64,000 bases of DNA, from IMG/VR virus record IMGVR_UViG_3300028048_000075, positions 32,001-96,000 of that record. One strand, 5' to 3'. The position numbers and the translations under genes are program-made. Origin of the DNA: a virus. Its lineage: Duplodnaviria > Caudoviricetes. The notes beneath the pieces were generated by a model, which had not been told where the DNA came from, ran no database searches, and was given only the letters and a program-made list of their open reading frames with translations. Positions 17,772 to 29,062 of the stretch are shown piece after piece; position 1 is the stretch's first letter, and each line of letters starts with the position of its first letter.

Positions 17772-19037
17772 ATGGTTTCGTCAGATAGAGATGAATTTAA
17801 TACTAACCATCCGGTGTATATGAGACTATATTATCTTCAGCACCTTTATAAAGTCGCTGAAAAACTTCAAAACTCAAAAGATGTTTTTCCATCAGAGTTA
17901 CACATTTGTAATTTTATTGAGCCAGTCAATTATGACGAAAAAATGGAGTCTGATTTTGAAGTCGAGCTTACGAAAGTAAATACATCTAAGCTTGACCAAA
18001 ATCTTTTATACATGCTTCATGAACTTGACGTTTTTATGGGCTTGTATCTAAAACTTTTAAAACCAACAAAACTCATAACGAAATTCTATAAAAAATACGT
18101 TATTGATCTTCTTGAAATCGATAAACGTGTACAGAAAAAGACTGTAACTGATCGTATAACTTTGGATGATCTTTTGGGAGTTATTGGTAAAGCTTATATT
18201 TCGTATACTAAGTCTCCAAATTTCTATAAAGATATGAAAAAAATTCTTGATCATCTTTTAAAGGAATCGTTGTTCCCGACATTGTGTGAAAGTCCATCAA
18301 AAAACATTCCGCTTGGAAAATATATTTTTGACGAAATATATCCAGCGGCAAAGAAATTGTATGGCGATTACACATATAACGAAATGGTGAATAGTTCATA
18401 TAGCAAACTTAGAAAGAGAATTGTTTTCAAAAATAACGATTTGCTTTATTGTTTGCTTATAGAAGGTTTAAAAATCGCCTTTGTACACAAATTTAAGTAC
18501 GTAATCATGACTTTATTGTCAAATACGGACAAATACAAAGCATTTAAACCATTTGTTGTTTCAAATCATGCTATAGTTACGAATAAGATTAGGGTATTGT
18601 ATAACAACACTACTACTATCAAAAAATATATTTCTGAACATGACAAGGTTACGAAAGAACTCACAAACACACCAGTAGATCAAACTAAGAAATTTGGTGA
18701 AATCATATCCGATTATTGTGAAAAAATGAAAGGTATTTATCACATTAAGGATAGTGATGGTATTCCATATTCTAAACATTTCGAAAATATTTGTAAGTTC
18801 AAAACGTTTGATGGAAAAGAACAGAATATGATACCAGAATACCGATTCTCTGCTTTATCTGCTATGCACAATTTGCGTAATACTTTTTCTGAGGAATTAT
18901 CAACTGAAGAAAACAAATTGGCTAACTGTTATAATTATAACATTTGTGATATAGTAGATGATCTATTTGAATCAAAAGTTTCATCTACGTGTTATTTCGA
19001 TCTTTCATTGTATATAAGAAGTAGGAGGAAAAACTAA
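17772..19037 (+). CDS. hypothetical protein
   Basis: 421-aa ORF, GGAGG RBS. Confidence 0.75.
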   Translation: MVSSDRDEFNTNHPVYMRLYYLQHLYKVAEKLQNSKDVFPSELHICNFIEPVNYDEKMESDFEVELTKVNTSKLDQNLLYMLHELDVFMGLYLKLLKPTKLITKFYKKYVIDLLEIDKRVQKKTVTDRITLDDLLGVIGKAYISYTKSPNFYKDMKKILDHLLKESLFPTLCESPSKNIPLGKYIFDEIYPAAKKLYGDYTYNEMVNSSYSKLRKRIVFKNNDLLYCLLIEGLKIAFVHKFKYVIMTLLSNTDKYKAFKPFVVSNHAIVTNKIRVLYNNTTTIKKYISEHDKVTKELTNTPVDQTKKFGEIISDYCEKMKGIYHIKDSDGIPYSKHFENICKFKTFDGKEQNMIPEYRFSALSAMHNLRNTFSEELSTEENKLANCYNYNICDIVDDLFESKVSSTCYFDLSLYIRSRRKN

Positions 19038-19039
19038 TA

Positions 19040-20476
19040 ATGAAATCAAGTGTTATCATAAATTATTCGGATATTATCAATGCTGTCGGAAAGCTGAGTG
19101 CGACTATTAATGAAGACAAACGTGATCTCGTCGAGTTCGATAGTAGTGGTAGAGATTTTTCTAGCCAATATGCTAAAAATGGTGAAAAAACTGCATTTGC
19201 AACGAAATTGTGTAAAACGATCAAATTCAATGTTGAATCAATCGTGAAATCGAATTATAGACATTTTATTAAAGAATATAAAGACGTTCTTAATTCTGTA
19301 TCAAAGTCCTATTGGGAAAGAATCAGATATGAGAATGTAAACTTCTTTTATTCTGATATTAAGACAGAAATCTATGAAACTTCGATTTCAATGTTTGTCA
19401 AAAACGTATTTAAGCATTTAGACATACAACAGATTTCTGCTCCAGAATCATGGTATTATAAAGTTTATAAAAACTTGAAAAATATCCCTGATAGAATTTA
19501 TATCAGGCATACTTTTAATGAAGCCCCACAGAAAAAGAAAAGTGTAGTGTTTACATTACATGAAATGTTAGGGCATCATTCACCAAATGCTTGTACAATG
19601 TCACTTGAACAAGATGTCGATACTGTTAATTATCCACCAATAGTCTTTATCGGAAAGATTACAAACTATCTTTTCTATTTGGAATTGGTTGATCTTGTTC
19701 GTGATTATTTCATTTATGGTAAACACAAAGCTTATTATAAAGATATCCCCGATTTGTTCAATATTCTTATACGAAATGAAACTTATATGGAAGGTTTTGC
19801 TGTAGAATACAACAAATTTGCTAACCGTGTGTCAGACCTTCTAAAGCCAGTTTATATCGAACGCAACGATTTCCGTTCAGAAATGGCAAAAGATCCGATT
19901 TGCTACAGTATTGCAACAAATGTGGCTAAGATTATTCTTAAGCAGAACAGTGTAGAAACTGATATGATTTCTTGTATGCATGTCGATCACATTTGTAAAT
20001 TGATACAAGAAGTAAAGAATATGTCTTCACCTAATATGGATCCTCGTTGTGATACATATCTTGAAGGCACCGATGATCTTGACAGATTGAATACATTCAG
20101 AATTTTGGATCTTTTCAAAGAAAAGACCAAAGCTTTCGAAGCTTATGCTGACGAAGACGAGGGGTCCAAGGATCTTGATTTGTCTCATAATCCTAAAGTC
20201 ATTGAATACATCACTAGTGATAAAAATGATCTGGATGATCCCCACCTTATCGTATTTGCGGATACAATTAAGGAAGCGATTTGGAAATATATCGAAAGTT
20301 ATACTAAAGATGTAAAGAGGATTGCACTTTGGTTGGACGATAAGATTATTTCCAAGATTTCTTACGGTTTTAGATACGATTCTGAAGAGGAATTTAGAAA
20401 CTATGTGAAGTATTTGAGTATACATGAAACAGGTTTCGATAAGTTCTCAAATCCAGCAATTGCTAAGTTATTTTAG
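19040..20476 (+). CDS. hypothetical protein
   Basis: 478-aa ORF, AGGAGG RBS. Confidence 0.75.
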   Translation: MKSSVIINYSDIINAVGKLSATINEDKRDLVEFDSSGRDFSSQYAKNGEKTAFATKLCKTIKFNVESIVKSNYRHFIKEYKDVLNSVSKSYWERIRYENVNFFYSDIKTEIYETSISMFVKNVFKHLDIQQISAPESWYYKVYKNLKNIPDRIYIRHTFNEAPQKKKSVVFTLHEMLGHHSPNACTMSLEQDVDTVNYPPIVFIGKITNYLFYLELVDLVRDYFIYGKHKAYYKDIPDLFNILIRNETYMEGFAVEYNKFANRVSDLLKPVYIERNDFRSEMAKDPICYSIATNVAKIILKQNSVETDMISCMHVDHICKLIQEVKNMSSPNMDPRCDTYLEGTDDLDRLNTFRILDLFKEKTKAFEAYADEDEGSKDLDLSHNPKVIEYITSDKNDLDDPHLIVFADTIKEAIWKYIESYTKDVKRIALWLDDKIISKISYGFRYDSEEEFRNYVKYLSIHETGFDKFSNPAIAKLF

Positions 20477-20583
20477 GTAAAATAAGCCTATAAAATTAGT
20501 AAAAGTGGCCCATTGTGGCCACTTTTTATTTTTTGTCCGAAAAAACAATACTATATACTTTTTACTATATTATGGGGTCCCTC

Positions 20584-23500
20584 ATGAGCGTAAATATTAC
20601 CGAAAATAACTACAAAGTGGTTAGAAACAACGACCCGTCTTTTCAGGCGATGAGTAGAGTCGCTGATGCAAATAATATTTATGACGTATATCAGGAGTAC
20701 ATCAAATCTGGAACCAATCGTAATGATTTCACATCCCAGTTGAAATTGTTCGATAATAACAAAGGTATTTTGAATGATGGTAAATATGTTGACATGAGTA
20801 ATTTCTTTATGGAATCTCAGGTCAGTACCTTAACAGGTACCATGAATACCGAAACGATACCTTATTTTAAATTTAAGACTAATGCAGTTCTTAGATGTAA
20901 AGACCAGAAGAATATCAATAAGACTTACATAACTAGAACAAAAACAGAATCTATTTATCAACTAAATGTTGTTACAAACAATCTGTCTGGTGAAACTGTT
21001 AGGGTTCTTCCAGATAATAAAACGAATGTTGAAGCTTCTTATAGTTCATATCCGTTACAGCGTGTTGATAGACTCGGTATATTCGAGATGGATTCTTTAT
21101 TCGTCTATATAGACGGAAAAAAGATTCCAGATAATGAAGTTTTTGTTTACACTAATAAGTCTTTTACAGATGTTTTTATTCCTGAAAAATACATACCAGG
21201 TAATATCCATGATGATAAATCTGTTATCGATACTTCTATTCATATCGATTATAGACAACCTGGTTCGGAACGATTTTATGATAGGATTTATGCGAATGAT
21301 GGTGAAACTACACTAACATTCGATTTGAAAGATTCGAAATACGAATACAGAATAAATCTTGCAAAAGAATATTCTGATAAGAATTTGTTGGTATTTAAAA
21401 ATGGTGTATTGGTGCGTCCAGTGTCTTCATCTTTGTCTGAAGATAACGTACTCACATTAGAATTCGATAAACCACTGTATAAAGCAGATATCGAGATTTA
21501 TATTCTTAATGATGTAGTATACAGACATGAAACGCCAGATGAAACCATGATGAATGTACTAGGTTCTAGTGTACATTTCTACATTCCAGACAATTATTTT
21601 GCTGATGTAAGATCTGGTCCTATACCTAAACCAGCGATTTCTTTTTTCTATAAAGGCGAAAGAGTAAACGATTCTAAGATTGTGCAAACATCTAGATTCA
21701 GTTTTGAATTTGTTATTGATCCTAATCAATACACAAGAGTTAATGTGGTTTACGGTATGAATCCTCTTAAAGAAGAGGTATATTATACTAAGAATCTCGA
21801 TAACGAATATGTTCGATTGGGCTATATCAAAACTTTTGATCCTAATGTAATTTATTATGTTAAAAAACCTTCTGCTAAATTTGAAGAAGATCAAATCGAC
21901 TTCATTGTAGAAGACATTGGTGCTAGAGTTGATGAAACTGGTTACACCATGTATGGAGATGATTATTATCTTCTCAATATGATTGGAGTTAAACGTTGTG
22001 TAGATAAGATGAAGGGTTCTTTATCTTATTCAATATTCGACGATCCAACATATAACTTAGGATTTAAAGAAATACTTTCTAAAAATGGAACACTTTTTGA
22101 TATACCTTCTGCTATAGAAAGATTTGATAATATTTCTAAGAATACTAGAACTCCTAAAGAACGTGTTATGGAGCTTATCAGAGAAAGACCTCCGTTAATT
22201 CGTAAATTACTCGAGCAGTTTAAACACAAGAGTAAAAAGATTCTGGTAATTGGAAATAAAAATGATGTTAACGTTTCTTCAGTATTTAAACTGGAGAATT
22301 CTAACGATACAGCATTTTACAAAATATACATAAACCATCTTGTTGTTGATGACAAATATTTGACAACAGTAAGAGAAAACGATCATGATGTCATAACAAT
22401 CAGCAAAGATGCTTTGAAAGAAGGTTCAAATGCTATAGAAATATTCCAATTCGATCTTTCTTATAAAGCTAAAATGTATTATCGTGATAATGTTAAGACT
22501 GGTGGATTCACTTATTATCTTAACGCTAATGGTGAGAAAATCTATCGTAAAACATATAATCTAGATGATCTTCCTTTTGAAAAAGGATTGTTGAATGACG
22601 ATATTGCTGCTATTGAAAAAGTAGCTAAAGGATGGTATGACAAACGTAATGAAGAATATTATTACGTTTATCCTGGACCTGAAAATTATGGTTGGAGAAC
22701 TACAAAATACTTTAAAGTTGTGTCTAAAACCGAATCAGAATTGACGATTGATGTTAAGCTTTTTGAAGAAGCTGATGATACAACTGGCGGTTATTTCTAT
22801 CTTTTAGCAAAGCAATATAATATTGCTGAAGATATAGTATTTACTAATGAAGATGGTTCGTATATGTCTGAAAACGACTTGTTGATACCAGTCTATTCAA
22901 GCATTACGAATTATAAGTACAATGATGCTGGAGAAAGAGTAATTGACTGTGTGGATAAGTATATTCCATACATTAATAACTCAGAACCTATTATCAGTAT
23001 AAACTCAAGAGAGCAAATCTTTGGTAAAGACTATACATTCTATAACCCAGAAACAAATAAAGAACTTACTTGTAGCTACGTTATTTTGAAACAGCAGCCT
23101 GCAGAAGGTTCTGATATTATTATCCAGTTTAACTCAAATAAAACCAATATTCTTATTGTAGGTTATGACGATTTGAATATTGATAATAGATATGGATTGG
23201 TATATCTTTCAGAATTACCATATCCTATATCTCCAGAATATATGAACATTTTCGTTAATGGTGAAAAGATGAGTGCTTGGGATATGGATATTCTATCTGA
23301 CAAACTCGTTAGATTCTATAACATCTATAGACCTATTCGTTCAATACTTATCACTACGAACTGTGAGTATAAAGACTCTGAAATGCGAGATTTCATAGAT
23401 CTTTACAAACCATCTAAGTTTGAAAAGATTCTTGAAGAAATATTCTGGAACTGTGATCCATCTAAGATTGTTGATGCTTTCCGTCCTAGTGTCGATATGG

Positions 23501-24381
23501 TATATAAGGTAAATCCTTATTATTCTGAATTTGTCGGCAAAGATGAAGAAAACTATGACAATCCGTATTATGCGGAATATATCGATAAGATTAAGCACGA
23601 CAGAAACAAATATGACGAACATTCTGTATTTACATCAATCTTCCCTTATCCACAAGTAGGAGAAGAAGATTATGATTTGAAAGTTGAAGCATATGCTAAT
23701 GCAGAAAAATTCTTCAGTGTATATAAAACCAATCACGGCTTTGTAGAGGATGTCGATTCAGTTAAACAAGCTGAAAATCCATATTCACCTGAAGATGAGC
23801 ATAACTTTATTACTGATACTCTCGAAATCATGTATCTTAACTGGTTGGCTAAGAGTGGAAAGACTAGAACTTACGGTTTCAAAGATTTGAATATCGATCC
23901 ATTGGTATTGGTATACTTCTCAGTATTTGAGAATATCATTATCAATAATCGTATTGATATCGTGGTTGATAGTTCTAGGTTCTATGACGGTCTTTATCCT
24001 GATGTAAGTAATCCAATCTTCGAATACAATGAAGATACTGGAGAAAACAAGTTAGTCTATCCTGGTGCAGATCAGAATGTTAGACGCAGAATGTTTTATG
24101 AGATGCTTATACAGTTCTTGGAATCAAGACAAGAGGATGAACCTACTTGGTATGATAGTGAAACCGGTGAAGATAAAATGATACGAGCTATGTGTGATAA
24201 CAAGTTGGCAAATATTCTTTATCCGATGGACTTTCCTCTAAATCCAGATAAGAATGGTATAAGAGAAACTGGAACTAATGTCGATATTGTTAATTATACA
24301 ACAATCGATGAAGAAAATCAAACTTTACAGGATGCGATACGTGCTGCTGAAGCATTTGGTGTTGCTCCGCCTTCTCATTAA
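20584..24381 (+). CDS. large virion structural protein (tail/baseplate type)
   Basis: Beta-rich, recurring xYIDGKK/VFKNG/IFVNG motifs typical of jumbo-phage baseplate proteins; AACA-N6-TA at 20544; start 20572 or 20584. Confidence 0.7.
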   Translation: MSVNITENNYKVVRNNDPSFQAMSRVADANNIYDVYQEYIKSGTNRNDFTSQLKLFDNNKGILNDGKYVDMSNFFMESQVSTLTGTMNTETIPYFKFKTNAVLRCKDQKNINKTYITRTKTESIYQLNVVTNNLSGETVRVLPDNKTNVEASYSSYPLQRVDRLGIFEMDSLFVYIDGKKIPDNEVFVYTNKSFTDVFIPEKYIPGNIHDDKSVIDTSIHIDYRQPGSERFYDRIYANDGETTLTFDLKDSKYEYRINLAKEYSDKNLLVFKNGVLVRPVSSSLSEDNVLTLEFDKPLYKADIEIYILNDVVYRHETPDETMMNVLGSSVHFYIPDNYFADVRSGPIPKPAISFFYKGERVNDSKIVQTSRFSFEFVIDPNQYTRVNVVYGMNPLKEEVYYTKNLDNEYVRLGYIKTFDPNVIYYVKKPSAKFEEDQIDFIVEDIGARVDETGYTMYGDDYYLLNMIGVKRCVDKMKGSLSYSIFDDPTYNLGFKEILSKNGTLFDIPSAIERFDNISKNTRTPKERVMELIRERPPLIRKLLEQFKHKSKKILVIGNKNDVNVSSVFKLENSNDTAFYKIYINHLVVDDKYLTTVRENDHDVITISKDALKEGSNAIEIFQFDLSYKAKMYYRDNVKTGGFTYYLNANGEKIYRKTYNLDDLPFEKGLLNDDIAAIEKVAKGWYDKRNEEYYYVYPGPENYGWRTTKYFKVVSKTESELTIDVKLFEEADDTTGGYFYLLAKQYNIAEDIVFTNEDGSYMSENDLLIPVYSSITNYKYNDAGERVIDCVDKYIPYINNSEPIISINSREQIFGKDYTFYNPETNKELTCSYVILKQQPAEGSDIIIQFNSNKTNILIVGYDDLNIDNRYGLVYLSELPYPISPEYMNIFVNGEKMSAWDMDILSDKLVRFYNIYRPIRSILITTNCEYKDSEMRDFIDLYKPSKFEKILEEIFWNCDPSKIVDAFRPSVDMVYKVNPYYSEFVGKDEENYDNPYYAEYIDKIKHDRNKYDEHSVFTSIFPYPQVGEEDYDLKVEAYANAEKFFSVYKTNHGFVEDVDSVKQAENPYSPEDEHNFITDTLEIMYLNWLAKSGKTRTYGFKDLNIDPLVLVYFSVFENIIINNRIDIVVDSSRFYDGLYPDVSNPIFEYNEDTGENKLVYPGADQNVRRRMFYEMLIQFLESRQEDEPTWYDSETGEDKMIRAMCDNKLANILYPMDFPLNPDKNGIRETGTNVDIVNYTTIDEENQTLQDAIRAAEAFGVAPPSH

Positions 24382-24412
24382 GAGAAATAAAAAAACTTAT
24401 AGGAGATAAACA

Positions 24413-26320
24413 ATGGGTGATGCGAGTCCTGAACGTCAGGCGTATTCCGAAGTTGGAACCGAGGGATACAAGGGACGATTTGTTGCAAATATTTCAAATA
24501 TCAGATTGTTTAAAAGCAATCCATACATTATGAATCTCAGTGAATCTGAGAAAGAAACACTTAATGCCAAACTTCTTACTCCTTATCAAGGTGAAATGTT
24601 CTATGACGATGATTATAACATTTATGTAGTCAAAGTCGGAAAAGATCCTATTACTGGAGTAACCACTTATACTTATATTTCTAAGACCAAAGATACAAAT
24701 TCTAAGTTAAATTACTATGAATCTAAAGGCGTTCTTAATCAGCTTATTAGCGCTTATAACAATGGTCAGGTTTATAAGTTCTACTACAATGTGGGAACCA
24801 AAACGATGTATCCTAATTCATCTCTGGTATTCCCATCAAATTACAATTCTTATACTGTTAGAAAACAGGAATTGAATGATGAAGCGAAGTATGTGTATCT
24901 GGCAGGAAATATTGTTGATGGTAACCTGATGGATGTTCATATTGCTATGAAAACCGTTATCGATTCTGTTAATAACACTTCTTATACCCGTATGGGAGCA
25001 GCTAAGATATTCGATAATGCTAGCCCTGATTCCCAATGGGATATCATACAGAATGGTCAATTCTATGTGGTAGACTTCTTCGATGTTAATGGAGAACTTA
25101 TCGATACTAAGCTTTTCCAAGCAGTTCAGGCTGTAACTACTTCTGTACAGACACCATCAGCAACTGTAGAAAGACTTGGTATTACGGTATTCAAGAACGG
25201 AATCGAAGCAAATGTTTCTAATGGTGTTTACGGTATTTATGCTGGAGAAGACTTGTCTAAAACTACAAGTTTTGCAATTGTAGCATACTATTCTGATGGT
25301 ACAAACAAGCTTATTACCGATAAACTTGATACAGGATATCTTTCTCGTGATGGTTGGGATGTAAATACTAGTGGTGCAGCAGTTGGAGACCAATTCCCTG
25401 TAACATTCACTTATTATCCTAATATCGATGAAAATGGTGTTCCTATTGGTCAGAAAATTCCAGAAACCATCATTTTCCAGGTAATGGAAAACACATATAC
25501 TAACCTTTATAAGGTTATTCCTGTTATGTGGTCTGATAATGCATCTGATCTTAACGTCGTTAATGGCTCTGCAGCAGTTTACAAACTCAAGGTTTATGCT
25601 ATGAGTCAGGATGGATTGCTAACCAATGTAACAAGAATGTTCTATAACACTAAAAAGAAGGTCGATGGCGTAGATTTGGTCGATTTCGAAGATTGTCCAG
25701 TTACGTACGATCCTTATCAGCAGTGTTGTATCTTTACATTCACTTCAAATCTTGCTGGTCAGAGAACAACATTCGAATTCACCCTTAGATCAAATGGTCA
25801 GGAAAAGAATCTTAGATTTGCTGCTGACTTTGGTGCTAATGATGCTGATTCTCAGTACATCTATGTATCTGCAAATGGTTCTGATGGAACTGATTATGGA
25901 TATGGTACAGATGGTCTCCTCTCTTCATTGGCTTCTACATATGGAACAAAAGAAGGAACCATATTCAACAAGATCACATACAAGAAACTTGCTTCTGAAC
26001 TCTTTATGGAGATGTTTAATAACACTACAAATGTTCGTGAAGTATACAAGAGAAGAATCAATGGTGTCGATGTATATCCTACAAAAATGCAAATCTATGC
26101 AGTTAAAGATGCTACTATTACTCCTCTTACAGCACTTACACAGATTCCAAATGCAGTAAATACTGTAACAGCATATCCATATAAAGAATCTGCAGTTAAT
26201 GCTATTCTTCAGAATGGTGTTTCTAATGATTTCATGCTGGTGAAGTTCATAACTGAACTCAATGGTGATCAGAACCTGATCAACTTCGATGTATTCAGAC
26301 TTAAAGTTCTTAATCAGTAA
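24413..26320 (+). CDS. virion structural protein with Ig-like segment
   Basis: AIVAYYSDGT Ig-like motif; in late operon. Confidence 0.65.
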   Translation: MGDASPERQAYSEVGTEGYKGRFVANISNIRLFKSNPYIMNLSESEKETLNAKLLTPYQGEMFYDDDYNIYVVKVGKDPITGVTTYTYISKTKDTNSKLNYYESKGVLNQLISAYNNGQVYKFYYNVGTKTMYPNSSLVFPSNYNSYTVRKQELNDEAKYVYLAGNIVDGNLMDVHIAMKTVIDSVNNTSYTRMGAAKIFDNASPDSQWDIIQNGQFYVVDFFDVNGELIDTKLFQAVQAVTTSVQTPSATVERLGITVFKNGIEANVSNGVYGIYAGEDLSKTTSFAIVAYYSDGTNKLITDKLDTGYLSRDGWDVNTSGAAVGDQFPVTFTYYPNIDENGVPIGQKIPETIIFQVMENTYTNLYKVIPVMWSDNASDLNVVNGSAAVYKLKVYAMSQDGLLTNVTRMFYNTKKKVDGVDLVDFEDCPVTYDPYQQCCIFTFTSNLAGQRTTFEFTLRSNGQEKNLRFAADFGANDADSQYIYVSANGSDGTDYGYGTDGLLSSLASTYGTKEGTIFNKITYKKLASELFMEMFNNTTNVREVYKRRINGVDVYPTKMQIYAVKDATITPLTALTQIPNAVNTVTAYPYKESAVNAILQNGVSNDFMLVKFITELNGDQNLINFDVFRLKVLNQ

Positions 26321-26337
26321 ACTGTGAGGGTTGGCTT

Positions 26338-28524
26338 ATGTCTTCAGAATTGCAGTTCGAATCTGTAATCGATAGGACTCAAGCGTCTAAAAATCCTGTA
26401 AACTATTATGATAGGACTGTTGTATTTGAGTTCAATACAAATGAGGTAAAGCCTATTGCTGTAACACTCGATTATTTGTATGCTAGAACCGATCACTTTC
26501 CTATCTATAGTATACAGAATTATGATAAAGCTATCGATAACAGAGTTTCTCCACCAGTAACAATGGCATATCCTACGTACATTACATCCGTCGATGTGCC
26601 AAAGAATCAAGGACACAATGTCTTTATGTTCCTCGATACTATACGTGAATTGATTTTCAAATATGGATTGAAGAACGAATTTTATAAGAACAAATATGGA
26701 AAATGGATAGATGTAAGTGCTATTCGTCCACATTTTAGCGTAAAACGATATGACGATAACATATTCAGTAGATTTTATACTGGATTGATCGATGATCGTT
26801 TTATGGACACTTCTATTTACACAAAGGTTTGTGATTCACCTACTTTTGAATGTATCAATCCTAACGATTATTTTGTGACTATGTGTCAAATTAAAGACGT
26901 CAATCGTATACCTGAAGCTATTTATATAGTGAAAGATCTTTACGATAAAAGTGGTTACACATATGACATCGGTAAGGGTGATGGAACCTTTGAATATAAA
27001 GATTGTGAAATTGAAGTTTTCACTAATGGTGAAACAGATCCTGTAGGTTCATTGAGATCTACAGTTTATCCAAGATTCACATATAAACTTGCTAACGCTG
27101 ATACAAGAGAAGTTGCTCATGGGTCATTTATAGATAACAACAGTCATCTATTTAATGATCTTCTTTTGACATTTACCGATTCTGAAGGTAATAGTTATGA
27201 GAACTTGGATAACTTGTTTATAACTGTCAATGGAATGGTTGTTGGATATAAACCTGGACCATTACCAAATCAGATATATCTTCCAGACGTAATTAAGTAT
27301 GCTTCAATGCAGATTAAAGGTGTTAAAGAAGATACAACTCTTGAATCAAAACTCGTTATCGAGAAGAATGGACTTGGTCAAAACGTATTAAATTATGATT
27401 TGGATTCAGAGTCTGCAGGTTACTGTTATGATTTCGATATTCAAATTAAACGTTGGAAAGGTGTAAACATTTCTTCTATAATAGAACCATTGGATACAGG
27501 AAAGATTTTCAAAACCGAAGATACTGATCCTAATAAGTCTTATTGGTTGACAAGAAAACTTGTTTTTAACAGAAGAATTGATAAAGATAAAACCATTCTT
27601 CTTTGTGGAAACACAATTGTCGATAAAGATTCTTGGTATGTAGATGAGAATGGCGCAATTATTCTTAAGAATATTGAAGCTGAATTCGATTATATTTACT
27701 CAGAAGTTTATAGAAACGTTCAGCAGTATCTCGAAAGTATTGTTGGACATTCTATTTCTGGTGCTCCAGATATTAAGGATTTTCTTAAAGACAATATGGA
27801 TAGTGCAGAATCTATCGATAGAGCATATGAAGCATATCATGCTGCTCTTGAAGAATGGAAGAATACAAATGGATCAGATACATATCACTATTACGCTAAA
27901 TCGCCATTTGCGGTTACTGTTGAGCAATTTAAGTATAGACAGTATGGTGTAATTGTTTTTGAATCTGCAGATGAAGAGAGCTATGATATACAGGCTCTAG
28001 AAAATCATAGGGATATAATTCTTAATAGACCACTTAGAAATAAGTTTATCAATAGAAATTGGACTCCTGATGATACAGTAGTTATGAATGGTGTAGTGCA
28101 CAGATTCGTAAATGAATACGAAGATGTGTTTATAGCCCCTGATGTGTGGTATAGACACGGTGTTTCAGACATTTTTGACGGTACAAATGCGTATAAACTC
28201 GCTATTGTTCGACATGATCGTAAATCTGACGCATATCACAGGCTTAATTATACAGAATTGCTTAAAGGACCGTTGGAAGGTGTAATTTATTACATTCGTG
28301 ATGATGAAAGAGATACATATCATCCATTCAGTGATCTTAAAGCATTCGATAAACACTACGCTGTTGTTGATGTAATTCCTGGTGAAACAATCGATAAAAA
28401 GAAACGATACTTCACTAAGGTCGGTGACGAATATGTTGAGATCCCCAGTACACTCAACGCATTTGAAGCTGGCGAAACTTACTACGTTTGTTACTTCAAT
28501 AAAGATTATTTCATCAAGAAATAA
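26338..28524 (+). CDS. probable virion structural protein
   Basis: FITVNG/VMNG motifs, Tyr-rich C-terminal modules; in late operon. Confidence 0.6.
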   Translation: MSSELQFESVIDRTQASKNPVNYYDRTVVFEFNTNEVKPIAVTLDYLYARTDHFPIYSIQNYDKAIDNRVSPPVTMAYPTYITSVDVPKNQGHNVFMFLDTIRELIFKYGLKNEFYKNKYGKWIDVSAIRPHFSVKRYDDNIFSRFYTGLIDDRFMDTSIYTKVCDSPTFECINPNDYFVTMCQIKDVNRIPEAIYIVKDLYDKSGYTYDIGKGDGTFEYKDCEIEVFTNGETDPVGSLRSTVYPRFTYKLANADTREVAHGSFIDNNSHLFNDLLLTFTDSEGNSYENLDNLFITVNGMVVGYKPGPLPNQIYLPDVIKYASMQIKGVKEDTTLESKLVIEKNGLGQNVLNYDLDSESAGYCYDFDIQIKRWKGVNISSIIEPLDTGKIFKTEDTDPNKSYWLTRKLVFNRRIDKDKTILLCGNTIVDKDSWYVDENGAIILKNIEAEFDYIYSEVYRNVQQYLESIVGHSISGAPDIKDFLKDNMDSAESIDRAYEAYHAALEEWKNTNGSDTYHYYAKSPFAVTVEQFKYRQYGVIVFESADEESYDIQALENHRDIILNRPLRNKFINRNWTPDDTVVMNGVVHRFVNEYEDVFIAPDVWYRHGVSDIFDGTNAYKLAIVRHDRKSDAYHRLNYTELLKGPLEGVIYYIRDDERDTYHPFSDLKAFDKHYAVVDVIPGETIDKKKRYFTKVGDEYVEIPSTLNAFEAGETYYVCYFNKDYFIKK

Positions 28525-28557
28525 AAAAAAAAGAAGGGCTAAATGCCCTTCTTTTTA
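28524..28557. terminator. bidirectional terminator between convergent genes
   Basis: A-run, aagaagggc/gcccttctt stem, T-run. Confidence 0.75.
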
Positions 28558-28559
28558 TA

Positions 28560-29048
28560 TTAGTTTTTAAGAACTTCTGGTTTTACAGAATAGTTGTTTA
28601 TGTGAAGATCTTTGATCATATTGGAAATATTATTAGCTTTCATCACAAGACGATCGGACTTCTTAAGATATCTTTTCTTAGCTTTATCAAACTTGACAAA
28701 CATTGTATAAGTATCCATAGGAAGTTCAACATTCAGCAATTCTTTTGCACGAATGATATACATATCGATATCATTCTTGAATTCATTATAAACGTATTCG
28801 TTTATTTCTGCACGAATGTGACGATTATAATGCTTGTATTTATTTGTAGTTACACCATTTTGACGTATATACATCAAGCTCCATTCAGGTTTGTCGTCAT
28901 CAAGTCTATCCACAATGAATTTACGAATCTTTTTCGTAAGACTCAATTCCATATTAGCGACTTTTACAAGTTCGCTAAGAGTTTTTGTGTGTCTCTCGAC
29001 TTTACCATAGCAATAATCTGCCTTTACCCTAAGTTTAATGATATTCAT
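28560..29048 (-). CDS. hypothetical basic protein
   Basis: GGGGG RBS, follows the 29833 gene. Confidence 0.65.
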   Translation of the reverse strand: MNIIKLRVKADYCYGKVERHTKTLSELVKVANMELSLTKKIRKFIVDRLDDDKPEWSLMYIRQNGVTTNKYKHYNRHIRAEINEYVYNEFKNDIDMYIIRAKELLNVELPMDTYTMFVKFDKAKKRYLKKSDRLVMKANNISNMIKDLHINNYSVKPEVLKN

Positions 29049-29062
29049 TTTGAAATATCCCC

